Part shown: piece after piece, positions 31,885 through 40,057 of the stretch
Numbering within the stretch: the first letter of the stretch is position 1
How the letters are laid out: each line of letters begins with the position of its first letter
IMG/VR virus record: IMGVR_UViG_3300037067_006044
Location: 37,565 to 101,564 of that record
DNA length: 64,000 nt
Strand: one strand, 5' to 3'
Source: a virus
Lineage: Duplodnaviria; Caudoviricetes
Translations under genes and position numbers: made by a program
Notes under the pieces: generated by a model
Told to the model about the DNA's origin: nothing
Seen by the model: the letters and a program-made list of their open reading frames with translations, nothing else
The model's database searches: none

Positions 31885-32814
31885 TTAATACCATAAATTT
31901 AATATTTCTTCCAATGGAATAACAATATTTTTTGGTTCGACATTTTGAATTATTTCTTTTTCTTCTATTATTATTGGTTCTTCAATTTTAATATCTTCTA
32001 TTATTTCTGAATTAATTATTTCTTTTTCTAATTCATTAATTATGTTTTCTGATGTTTCAATAGAATTAATATTTTCTTCTGAGTTTATTGTGTATTCTTT
32101 TAATGGAATAGAAGGAATATTATAAACTGATTTTAATGAATTATTTATACTTTTTAAATCTGCAAATTTCTTAATTACATTATTAAATAGTCTTTTATTA
32201 GTATTGTTATTTATAAAATTACTAATAACTTCATCTTGCTCATGTAATAATTGTTTTACGGATTCGGTATCAACACTATCTCTATAAACTTCTTTTATTA
32301 CTTCTTTAATGATTGGTTCTTGAGTATTTTCTGATATAATATGTTCGTTAATTACTTCTTCTTGGGGTCTAATATAATCTACTAAAGATTTAATAAATCC
32401 TAATGCAACAACTGGAAGAATTGCTCCTGACACTATTGCCAATATTCTTTTTTGTTCTATTTCTGTTAAATCAATTAATCCAAATAATTCTATCCATTGT
32501 TGATATTCAATTAAATGAGAATAAGCATAGTAAGCATTTCCCATCATTTGCATTATTGTAAGGATTATAAATAATCCCCAAACAATAAATTTATTCATTT
32601 TATCTAATACAATGATACTTGATAAAGATGCAGCAGCACCTAATTCAAATCCAAGTGCTAAAGATATAGCTAACCAATTTGCATTACTCAATCTAAAGAA
32701 TGCAATTGAATGGATCATGCTTATAAGAGAAATGAGAATATACAGACTCAAAAAAGATGATATTATAAATATCTTTACTAATTTTGCTTGATTATTTTTA
32801 ATCCAATTCATCAT
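31885..32814 (-). CDS. multi-pass membrane protein with acidic tail
   Basis: Four hydrophobic segments in the first 150 aa. Confidence 0.75.
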   Translation of the reverse strand: MMNWIKNNQAKLVKIFIISSFLSLYILISLISMIHSIAFFRLSNANWLAISLALGFELGAAASLSSIIVLDKMNKFIVWGLFIILTIMQMMGNAYYAYSHLIEYQQWIELFGLIDLTEIEQKRILAIVSGAILPVVALGFIKSLVDYIRPQEEVINEHIISENTQEPIIKEVIKEVYRDSVDTESVKQLLHEQDEVISNFINNNTNKRLFNNVIKKFADLKSINNSLKSVYNIPSIPLKEYTINSEENINSIETSENIINELEKEIINSEIIEDIKIEEPIIIEEKEIIQNVEPKNIVIPLEEILNLWY

Positions 32815-32825
32815 AATTTTTTACT

Positions 32826-33473
32826 TTATCTTTTATATTTATAATATGTAGATTCCTTAATATTCATAATAGACATAATATCCAATCTGTTTTTATTTTC
32901 TTTTATTAATTCTAAAAATTTAAGTAATCTTGGAATTATAAGTGGATTTTCTTTTCTTTTTTCTAAATATAATTTATAATTCAATTTATATTTTTCAGAA
33001 TTTTTAACACCATCCCCAATTTTAGTTTTTTGTTCCTCTGATAATAATTGTCCTGTTTTGGTTTTACTTATTTTATCTTTTATTTCTTGTGTTAAATGTA
33101 AAGGTCTTTTACCATCTTTAAATTCTTTTTTAATTCTAATAGACATTTTCTTCTTATTGTCTTCCGAATGTATTGGTTTGCCTGTTTTGGTTTTACTTAT
33201 TTTGTCTTTTATTTCTTGTGACATCAATTTACCAAAATTTGGATTTTTATCTCCTGTCCATTGTCCTATTCTGTTTTTTTGTATTTCGTCTTTATTTGGA
33301 TTATTTGTAAAAGTATCTCCTCCCCAATAACCATCTGAAATATTGTAACCATATCCTTGCTTATTTGCTTGTAATTCTTTAATCCAAAATCCTTCTTGTA
33401 TAATCATTTTTTCTTTTGAATCACAATGTTCTAAAATTACATTAATGTCTTTTAAAGGATTTTTTTTATTCAT
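32826..33473 (-). CDS. N-terminally truncated GIY-YIG homing endonuclease with NUMOD3 repeats
   Basis: ILEHC...E.FWIKE...GYNI half-domain but no GIY/YIG; QEIKDKISKTKTG twice. Confidence 0.7.
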   Translation of the reverse strand: MNKKNPLKDINVILEHCDSKEKMIIQEGFWIKELQANKQGYGYNISDGYWGGDTFTNNPNKDEIQKNRIGQWTGDKNPNFGKLMSQEIKDKISKTKTGKPIHSEDNKKKMSIRIKKEFKDGKRPLHLTQEIKDKISKTKTGQLLSEEQKTKIGDGVKNSEKYKLNYKLYLEKRKENPLIIPRLLKFLELIKENKNRLDIMSIMNIKESTYYKYKR

Positions 33474-33566
33474 TTTATTTAATTTTTAAAGTTTATTTTT
33501 AAATTAAAAATTCAATATTATTTTAAAAACAATATTGGAGTTATTGTCATGAAAAATTTGTGAATT

Positions 33567-34007
33567 CTATTTATTTAAAAGTTTTTCTATTTCTTCTAAT
33601 TCCATTTGAGCTTTTAATTCTGGGGATATTAATGAATTTAATCTGCTTTCTAATTCAAATAATTCTCTTTTTCGTTCTGATATTTGAAGTACATTCATTC
33701 TTGTTTTTAAATCTGCGAACCATTCATCTTTAGTAAACCCTAACCAGGTGTATTTTTCAGAAGAACCTAATTCTTGAGCTGTTTCATTATAAACTGTTTC
33801 TCTTAATTTTAAGAATGAACCAATTTCAATTAATTTTCTTTCATCTCTTATTGTTGAAATATCAAATAATCGTGAAGGTTCACTATCAGAATATTTAAAT
33901 CCACCACAAGGATAAGAAGGTTTTAATGCTTTTTCTACTAATTGTTTTTTAACTTGTAGAGCTTCAAATAATTTTAATACTTTTTCATCTGTAATTTTTG
34001 TTGTCAT
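33567..34007 (-). CDS. hypothetical protein downstream of the RNA-motif array
   Basis: 146-aa ORF co-oriented with the ncRNA/tRNA cluster. Confidence 0.8.
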   Translation of the reverse strand: MTTKITDEKVLKLFEALQVKKQLVEKALKPSYPCGGFKYSDSEPSRLFDISTIRDERKLIEIGSFLKLRETVYNETAQELGSSEKYTWLGFTKDEWFADLKTRMNVLQISERKRELFELESRLNSLISPELKAQMELEEIEKLLNK

Positions 34008-34055
34008 GATGTTTTAATTTAATTAATAAAATTGCTGTTTATTTTGTTTTATAAA

Positions 34056-34118
34056 AAGAATAAATTATATGTCTATTAAAATTTCAAGTTTTTAGAAGTA
34101 AGACATATTTAGATTCTT
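34056..34118 (-). ncRNA. structured RNA motif copy A (UUACUUCUA motif)
   Basis: AAGAAT-CTAAA-TATGTC-TTACTTCTA-AAAA[CTTGAAA]TTTT-AATA-GACATA-TAATTT-ATTCTT. Confidence 0.75.
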
Positions 34119-34122
34119 AATG

Positions 34123-34194
34123 TAACCCATCCTGGATTTGAACCAGGGATACCAAGATGAAAACCTGGTGTGATAACCACTTCACCAATGGGGT
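34123..34194 (-). tRNA. tRNA-Glu(UUC)
   Basis: Cloverleaf: D arm GTGA/TCAC, anticodon arm CCAGG-TTTTCAT-CTTGG, T arm CCTGG-TTCAAAT-CCAGG; one acceptor mismatch; no encoded CCA. Confidence 0.85.
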
Positions 34195-34207
34195 AATTGT
34201 TATTTTA

Positions 34208-34274
34208 AAGAAATAAATTAATTGACTAATTGAGCTTAACAGGTTCGTAGAAGTAAGTCAATTTTAGATTTCTT
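34208..34274 (-). ncRNA. structured RNA motif copy B
   Basis: AAGAAAT-CTAAA-ATTGAC-TTACTTCTA-CGAAC[CTGTTAA]GCTCA-ATTA-GTCAAT-TAATTT-ATTTCTT. Confidence 0.75.
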
Positions 34275-34333
34275 ATTTTTATATAAATTATGAACTTTTG
34301 TTTTAAAAACTATTAATTATTAAATTCATTAAA

Positions 34334-34400
34334 AAGAAAATTAATTTGACAACTATTTAAAATCCATATTTTTAGAAGTAAGTTATCATTAGATTTTCTT
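34334..34400 (-). ncRNA. structured RNA motif copy C
   Basis: AAGAAAAT-CTAA-TGATAAC-TTACTTCTA-AAAA[TATGGA]TTTT-AAATA-GTTGTCA-AATTA-ATTTTCTT; U-G wobble on the minus strand. Confidence 0.75.
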
Positions 34401-34461
34401 GTATTTTTTATATATTTATATTAATTATTAAAAATATAAATATAATTATTTAAATAAAAAA

Positions 34462-36501
34462 TTAAATTCCCATAAATTTCATTATATTAATATAATTTGT
34501 TGAAAAATCTTCAAATAAATAATGAGTTGTTGCAGTTTCTTTACTTACTAATCTTCCTCTACTTTCGACATTCCAACTTAATAAATCATATACTGATAGT
34601 TTTGGGTTTTCCGAATACATTTTAATTAAATTAAGAACAGTAGATAAATCTCTACTTGAAACATTTGAGTCCGAATCAATATCTAACCAAATATATTCTC
34701 TTGTTTCTAAATCAATTATACAAAGTAATGTACCTGCTGCCGTCGATTGAATTTGTGTACAATTATTAATCATAGAAGGCATAAAATTAGTATTGGCTTC
34801 TGGATGTTTTCTTCCTTCAAATCCTAAAACACATTGTTCATAGATACTAAATGCTTTATTATCATGATATGAAGCTCTAAAATCTCTTGCATCCATTACA
34901 ACATATTTATATCCTTGTTTAGTTAATTCAGAAACATTTAAATCAATATATTCTGCACAAGCACCATGTCTATCAGTAATATCTCCAGAATATAATGCAA
35001 TTCTATTATTTCTATCTCCATTCCAACCAACAAAGTCAATATTAGTTCCAACTAACCAAGCACCTAAATCTATATCACATCCACCAGGAGTTTCACCATT
35101 ATTAAACCAATGTACAAATGCTCTAATTGTTTTTTGATTAACATTTATTGGCATTCTTTGTCCTCTTATAATTGGTTTTAAAGAAGGATTTAAACTTCTC
35201 ATATTTGTTGGCAATGGTATTTTCTTTAATTCTTCGTCAATCCAACAATCTCCTAATTTATCTGATAAACTAAATTTATATTTTAGAGTTTCAAATATTT
35301 GACTTTGAATTTCATTAATAATATTTTCAGATAATGGTTCTAAAGATATTAATTGCTTTGATTTTCTATGTCCTTTAATAAATATATTTCTGTCTTGTTC
35401 AACTCGTCTGTTTTCAAAATGAGTATAAACTTCAAATAAAACTTTGTTAGATATTTTATCAGATACTTTACATAGAACATTAAATATATCTTGAATTTTA
35501 TCTTTATTAGTTCTAATTAAATAATCCAGTCTTCTGACAAATTCTCCTGGTCTTTCTGATAATTTATTTAATCCTGTTTCAAATGACGTTTTAAACGCTT
35601 TATCAACTTCACCATTCCAAGATACAACTTTTTCATTTCTTAATTGTTGAAATGATTTAAATGATTTTGGATATTGTTTAGAATAATTTCCTGGATGAAT
35701 AATTTCTCCTAACTTAATCCATCTCTCGATTTTAAGTTTCATTTCTCTTACATCTAAATTAGAGTTTTCTAAAAGAGAAAGAATATATCGTTTTTCTGAA
35801 TTAGTGAATTTTTTGAATTTATTTTTATCTGCGTTTTTCTTTGTTATTGCTGGTAACGAAATATCTCCACCTGACATTGATAATGCTATTCTAAGAACAT
35901 CAGTTGTTGTTTTAACTGGAACATTTATTTCCATTCCTGCTAATGTACATAAGTTTTCTTTAAATGGAATTTCTTTTGGAAATTGTAATTTTCTTCCACT
36001 ATTAACAAACCATTTAATAACATCTAAATCTGTTGGAGTTAATGATTGATTGGCACTACATAAATCAGTAAATATTTTATCAAACATTTCTTCTGTTCCT
36101 GATTTGATAATAGTGTAATTAGGTTGTTCAAATGCAACTTGTTTTTCTTTAGTCCATATCTGAACAGTATCAAATTTACCATTCGTCCAATAATGAACAA
36201 ATTGATTATACCATAATTCATATTCAGATAATTCTAAAACTTGAGTTGGAAATCCTGGATATAATGGTTGATAATTTCTATTACTGCCAGTCATTTCTTT
36301 TAAATAAGAAATTACTTCATTATGAAATTCTATAATTTCAGATTTATCAGAATAACCAAGTTGTTTAAAAGCATCTTTATTTAACATATATCCAAATCTC
36401 ATCAATTCAGATTGAACTTGAGAAACAAATAAACGATTATCTACATTAATGTTTTTTGTGGTTATAAAACCGTTTGAAAAAGAAATAACATTTTTTGTCA
36501 T
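34462..36501 (-). CDS. large alpha-helical protein with probable TerD-like C-terminal domain (MXAN_6230/SCO0854-like, no RING finger seen)
   Basis: PLYPGFP, IPFKENL, TTTDVLR, IHPG, RPGEFVRRLDYLIR, C-terminal FVHW...DIDL...YSGDIT..GACAEYIDL; family recalled from memory, not searched. Confidence 0.65.
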   Translation of the reverse strand: MTKNVISFSNGFITTKNINVDNRLFVSQVQSELMRFGYMLNKDAFKQLGYSDKSEIIEFHNEVISYLKEMTGSNRNYQPLYPGFPTQVLELSEYELWYNQFVHYWTNGKFDTVQIWTKEKQVAFEQPNYTIIKSGTEEMFDKIFTDLCSANQSLTPTDLDVIKWFVNSGRKLQFPKEIPFKENLCTLAGMEINVPVKTTTDVLRIALSMSGGDISLPAITKKNADKNKFKKFTNSEKRYILSLLENSNLDVREMKLKIERWIKLGEIIHPGNYSKQYPKSFKSFQQLRNEKVVSWNGEVDKAFKTSFETGLNKLSERPGEFVRRLDYLIRTNKDKIQDIFNVLCKVSDKISNKVLFEVYTHFENRRVEQDRNIFIKGHRKSKQLISLEPLSENIINEIQSQIFETLKYKFSLSDKLGDCWIDEELKKIPLPTNMRSLNPSLKPIIRGQRMPINVNQKTIRAFVHWFNNGETPGGCDIDLGAWLVGTNIDFVGWNGDRNNRIALYSGDITDRHGACAEYIDLNVSELTKQGYKYVVMDARDFRASYHDNKAFSIYEQCVLGFEGRKHPEANTNFMPSMINNCTQIQSTAAGTLLCIIDLETREYIWLDIDSDSNVSSRDLSTVLNLIKMYSENPKLSVYDLLSWNVESRGRLVSKETATTHYLFEDFSTNYINIMKFMGI

Positions 36502-36521
36502 AATTAATAAGTTTTTAAAAA

Positions 36522-36581
36522 TTAATAAATTATATCACTATCAAAATCAATATTTTTAGAAGTAAGTGATATTTAGATTAA
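36522..36581 (-). ncRNA. structured RNA motif copy D, 20 nt upstream of the 679-aa start codon
   Basis: TTAAT-CTAAA-TATCAC-TTACTTCTA-AAAA[TATTGA]TTTT-GATA-GTGATA-TAATTT-ATTAA. Confidence 0.75.
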
Positions 36582-36587
36582 AAATTG

Positions 36588-36706
36588 AAGAGTAGATTGG
36601 ATTCGAACCAATGACCAGGAGATTAGAAATCTTAGAAGTAACTTTATTTTAGATTTCGTTGATAAATTAATAAAGTAACCTGCTCTACCAGCTGAGCTAC
36701 TACTCT
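36588..36706 (-). ncRNA. tRNA-Arg(UCU)-like RNA with 46-nt motif insertion in the anticodon stem, copy 1
   Basis: AGAGTAG/CTACTCT acceptor, GCTC-AGCTGGTA-GAGC D arm, GG[46 nt]AGA-TTTCTAA-TCTCC, ATTGG-TTCGAAT-CCAAT T arm; 73 nt without the insert. Confidence 0.85.
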
Positions 36707-36749
36707 TATCAATATTTTTAGAAGTAAGTGATATTTAGATTAAAAATTG

Positions 36750-36868
36750 AAGAATAGATTGGATTCGAACCAATGACCAGGAGATTAGAAATCTTAGAAG
36801 TAACTTTATTTTAGATTTCGTTGATAAATTAATAAAGTAACCTGCTCTACCAGCTGAGCTACTACTCT
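36750..36868 (-). ncRNA. tRNA-Arg(UCU)-like RNA with 46-nt motif insertion, copy 2
   Basis: Same as copy 1 except a G-U wobble in the acceptor stem (CTATTCT). Confidence 0.85.
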
Positions 36869-36897
36869 TATCAATATTTTTAGAACTTTGTGTTTTG

Positions 36898-36972
36898 TGA
36901 CCCATCTGTGACTCGAACACAGGACCCTATCATTAAAAGTGATATGCTCTAAACCAACTGAGCTAATGAGTC
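36898..36972 (-). tRNA. tRNA-Lys(UUU)
   Basis: GACTCAT/ATGGGTC acceptor, TATCA-CTTTTAA-TGATA anticodon arm, CTGTG-TTCGAGT-CACAG T arm. Confidence 0.93.
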
Positions 36973-36981
36973 TTTTATTTT

Positions 36982-37047
36982 AAAGAATGAATTAAACAAC
37001 TATTAAAATATATAAATTTTTAGAAGTAAGTTGTTCTTAAATTCTTT
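36982..37047 (-). ncRNA. structured RNA motif copy E
   Basis: AAAGAAT-TTAAG-AACAAC-TTACTTCTA-AAAAT[TTATAT]ATTTT-AATA-GTTGTT-TAATTC-ATTCTTT. Confidence 0.72.
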
Positions 37048-37295
37048 TTAAAAATATAATAAATTTTTTATAATTTTTCTACATAATTAATCATTTCTTG
37101 TATTTTATTTTGAATTGAAATTAAATCTGAAATTATCATATATTTTATTTCTTTTTGATCGTTTGGATTTGAATATTTATTTAATACTTTTTCGATGTCT
37201 TCTTTTGAATTGGCTTTATAAAATCAACCAACATTTTTAATTCTATTCCTAAATTGTTCATATCTTTTAAATTTTAAAGTTTTAAATTTATAATA

Positions 37296-37326
37296 CAAAG
37301 TTAATAAAAATACTTTAATAAACAAA
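37296..37326 (-). promoter_or_regulatory. Bacteroidota sigma70-type promoter upstream of the RNA-motif/tRNA cluster
   Basis: TTTG-N19-TAACTTTG. Confidence 0.7.
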
Positions 37327-37333
37327 CTTTTCT

Positions 37334-37807
37334 TTAATTATTTTTTAAATTGTTTAAATATTTTATTTTATTATTATATTCATCAGTTAATTTCTCAATT
37401 CTTAAATTGATTTTATTCTCAATTTCTTTTCCAACTAATATATTCAATTTAAATTTATTTGTTTTTAAATCATAAATTCCAATTTGAAAATCATATTTCG
37501 TTTGAATATCAAATAAACCAAAAGTTAAATCATCTTCATCTTGTGCAAAATCTAAACATAATTTCTTTATTTGTAATTTTCTTGATTCTAAAAGATTTGA
37601 ACCAAATATATAATTAGTATTAATTGATAATAATGACTGAATTTCATAAAATGCTATTTGAATTGAGGAATCATATTCAACGATTTTATAAGTTGTTTTA
37701 TCATCTTTTGACTGAATTATATTATATAATTTTTCTATTGTTTCAACATCAATATTTTCAGTAGAAATTAATTTCTTATCATTATAAAATTTTACTTTGA
37801 AATTCAT
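37334..37807 (-). CDS. hypothetical protein
   Basis: 157-aa ORF. Confidence 0.7.
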   Translation of the reverse strand: MNFKVKFYNDKKLISTENIDVETIEKLYNIIQSKDDKTTYKIVEYDSSIQIAFYEIQSLLSINTNYIFGSNLLESRKLQIKKLCLDFAQDEDDLTFGLFDIQTKYDFQIGIYDLKTNKFKLNILVGKEIENKINLRIEKLTDEYNNKIKYLNNLKNN

Positions 37808-37815
37808 AATTATTT

Positions 37816-38025
37816 TTATTTATTATTTTCTATTTCTGTTTTAAAGTCATTTACTTTATCTTTCATCCATTCATAATTAGATTTATGTTCTAATGGTATT
37901 TCATTTTCTGATGGTAATAATTTAAATAAATCTATTAATGTATATTCATCAAATAGTGAAGCACATGTTTCATAACTATAAGATGAAAACCATTGTGCAA
38001 TTGTTAAAATTTGGGCTATTGTCAT
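37816..38025 (-). CDS. hypothetical protein
   Basis: 69-aa ORF. Confidence 0.6.
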   Translation of the reverse strand: MTIAQILTIAQWFSSYSYETCASLFDEYTLIDLFKLLPSENEIPLEHKSNYEWMKDKVNDFKTEIENNK

Positions 38026-38213
38026 ATTATTTTAATTATTTTTATTTTTTAAACAGCATTCTTCACAAGCAGATAATCCCGATTCTGTGAAATACTTTAT
38101 AGTAAATAATTTATTTGTTTGTTTTCCACAAATTTCACATTTATCTTTTATCGATTTTTTATATATCTTGTATATCTAAGAAGCATTGCTTTTTAACCAT
38201 TCCTTAGTAAATA

Positions 38214-38849
38214 TCATAAATTAAATTTTTTAACATTTTCAACATCTTTATCCCAAATAATACAAGTTAAATCTTCATTTTTCATAATTTTATTTATAGT
38301 ATTATTAATAATAAAACTATCTCCTCCTGCTAATCCACTTCCTATCAACGGAAATAAAAACTTTAAATTTTTATTACCAAAATCTTTCTTTAAATTAATA
38401 AACAATTTTTCAATTGCATTTAATCTTATTCTTTCTGTTTTAGATTTATCACTATTGGGTTCATATAATCCATAACTATATTGGGAATATCCATTAATAA
38501 TAGAAAACTTACCTGCTTTATATTCTGAATAATTTCCTAATTTATTAATATCTCCTTTAATTGTTTGTTTATCAATTAAAAGAACTTCTGGATATTTATT
38601 TGATATTTGTTTAGCTATTCCAGCTCCCATTACACAGAAACAATTACAACCATGAATTATAATATCATAATTGTTTAATTCATCTAATAGATTTCCTTTA
38701 ATATATTTGATTGTATTTTTATTTTCCATTTTTGTTCTTCTTTTCTTTGAATTTTCTTTTTGGTGTTTATTCCAAGTTATCCATTCTTCTTCTGATAGAT
38801 TATCTATTAATCCGAAGAATTGATTGTCTAATTTCTTCCAATTTGCCAT
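38214..38849 (-). CDS. macrodomain (ADP-ribose processing, T4 tk.4-like) protein
   Basis: IKGNLL...IIHGCNCFCVMGAGIAKQI...FPLIGSGLAGG; start may be the internal MENKN. Confidence 0.9.
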   Translation of the reverse strand: MANWKKLDNQFFGLIDNLSEEEWITWNKHQKENSKKRRTKMENKNTIKYIKGNLLDELNNYDIIIHGCNCFCVMGAGIAKQISNKYPEVLLIDKQTIKGDINKLGNYSEYKAGKFSIINGYSQYSYGLYEPNSDKSKTERIRLNAIEKLFINLKKDFGNKNLKFLFPLIGSGLAGGDSFIINNTINKIMKNEDLTCIIWDKDVENVKKFNL

Positions 38850-38915
38850 ATTTTTAATATAAAATAAAACTCACTTAAAAATAATAATTAAATGAGTTTT
38901 AAAGTTTTTTATTAT

Positions 38916-39407
38916 TTAACACGTCTTGCAATCGGGATGAAGTTTCCAAAATTCTCTTACAACTAATCTTGCTGTATCATGAGTATAAGATTCATCAATA
39001 TAAATCAATTCATCGTTTTCAGTGTTGTAAATTTCATGGTCATTTAATGAACCTTGAGAATATACATTTACACTTACTTTCTTCAAATCAATTTCTTTCA
39101 ATAGAAATTCGTCTTCATCATCAATTATTTCTTCATCGAATAAATCGTCTTCCTCATCTTCAAATTCATTATCGATTTCCTCATCTGGTGTTTCATCTAA
39201 TTTATAAACTCTGTATTTCCCGTTAAAATCGTAAGTTAAATCAAATTCGGAATATCCTTCATCCATAAATTGACTTACGGTTGCTTGTTGAGCAAAATAC
39301 CCATCAAGCCTTAATGATAATTTGATTTCTTCGGTAGTAGTAATACCACTAATTTTAATTAATTCGACTGCTTTTTTTAAAACTACTTCTCTTGTTAGAT
39401 TTAACAT
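38916..39407 (-). CDS. ArgR-like winged-HTH protein with acidic tract
   Basis: TTEEIKLSLRLDGYFAQQATVSQ resembles the ArgR TQATVSR helix; long D/E run. Confidence 0.5.
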   Translation of the reverse strand: MLNLTREVVLKKAVELIKISGITTTEEIKLSLRLDGYFAQQATVSQFMDEGYSEFDLTYDFNGKYRVYKLDETPDEEIDNEFEDEEDDLFDEEIIDDEDEFLLKEIDLKKVSVNVYSQGSLNDHEIYNTENDELIYIDESYTHDTARLVVREFWKLHPDCKTC

Positions 39408-39492
39408 AATTTCTAAATATTTAAATTGTTATTAATTGTTTTACAAAGTTAATAAAAAATATAATAAAAATAAATTTATCTATAACTAATTT

Positions 39493-39975
39493 TTATAATA
39501 ATTCGTTATAATTATAAATATTTAATATAGTGTGCAAATGTTCAAATGCAAAATAATCACATTCTAATTCTTCTGGTATTAATCTTGAGATTAACATTTT
39601 ATTACCATCAAAATCTGGATTTTCTTCTTTTATCTTATTTATTAATTCTGTTATATATTCATTATTTTTATTATATGATTCTTCAAATATTTTATTTGTT
39701 TTTATAGATTCCGTTATACAAATTATAACATGATTTAATTCATGTAAAAAATTAAATAATAATGTTTTTAACCATGTTTTATCGTCTTTAAATGTTTTTA
39801 TTTTTAATATATCTTCAACATTTACCATTATATATAATTTATTTTCACAAACAAAGAAACAAGCTCTACTATCAGCATCATATAAATCCTTATTTAAAAA
39901 CTCAATATGAATATCAATTTTATTTAATGTAACTTCATTGAATAATTTATTAAAATAAGATTGAATGAAAAACAC
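39493..39975 (-). CDS. HExxH zincin-like metallopeptidase-fold protein
   Basis: FLHELNH...EELECDYFA. Confidence 0.65.
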   Translation of the reverse strand: MFFIQSYFNKLFNEVTLNKIDIHIEFLNKDLYDADSRACFFVCENKLYIMVNVEDILKIKTFKDDKTWLKTLLFNFLHELNHVIICITESIKTNKIFEESYNKNNEYITELINKIKEENPDFDGNKMLISRLIPEELECDYFAFEHLHTILNIYNYNELL

Positions 39976-40057
39976 GATAGTTGATAATAAAGTATGTGCA
40001 TCATAATCTTTAATCTTCTTTAAAATTTCTTTATGTCGATATATTTTTATATTTATA

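Larger units (their letters stand above)
36546..36885. repeat. 162-bp tandem duplication
   Basis: ATCAATATTTTTAGAA at 36546, 36708 and 36870; the two units differ by one base seen. Confidence 0.95.

Noticed and set aside
32826-33473. Intron-encoded active homing endonuclease
   Set aside because: GIY-YIG catalytic motifs are missing and no flanking intron or split host gene is evident.
36735-36920. 61-aa ORF
   Set aside because: Overlaps tRNA-Lys and the tRNA-like RNA; spurious.
34056-37047. CRISPR array (repeated TAGAAGTAA)
   Set aside because: Only 9 nt are invariant, spacing is irregular, flanks covary as stems rather than repeating, and no cas genes are present.
34056-37047. Known self-cleaving ribozyme (hammerhead, twister, HDV/theta) beside tRNAs
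   Set aside because: No CUGANGA/GAAA core and no twister or HDV-type pseudoknot could be drawn by eye; an Rfam scan is still needed.
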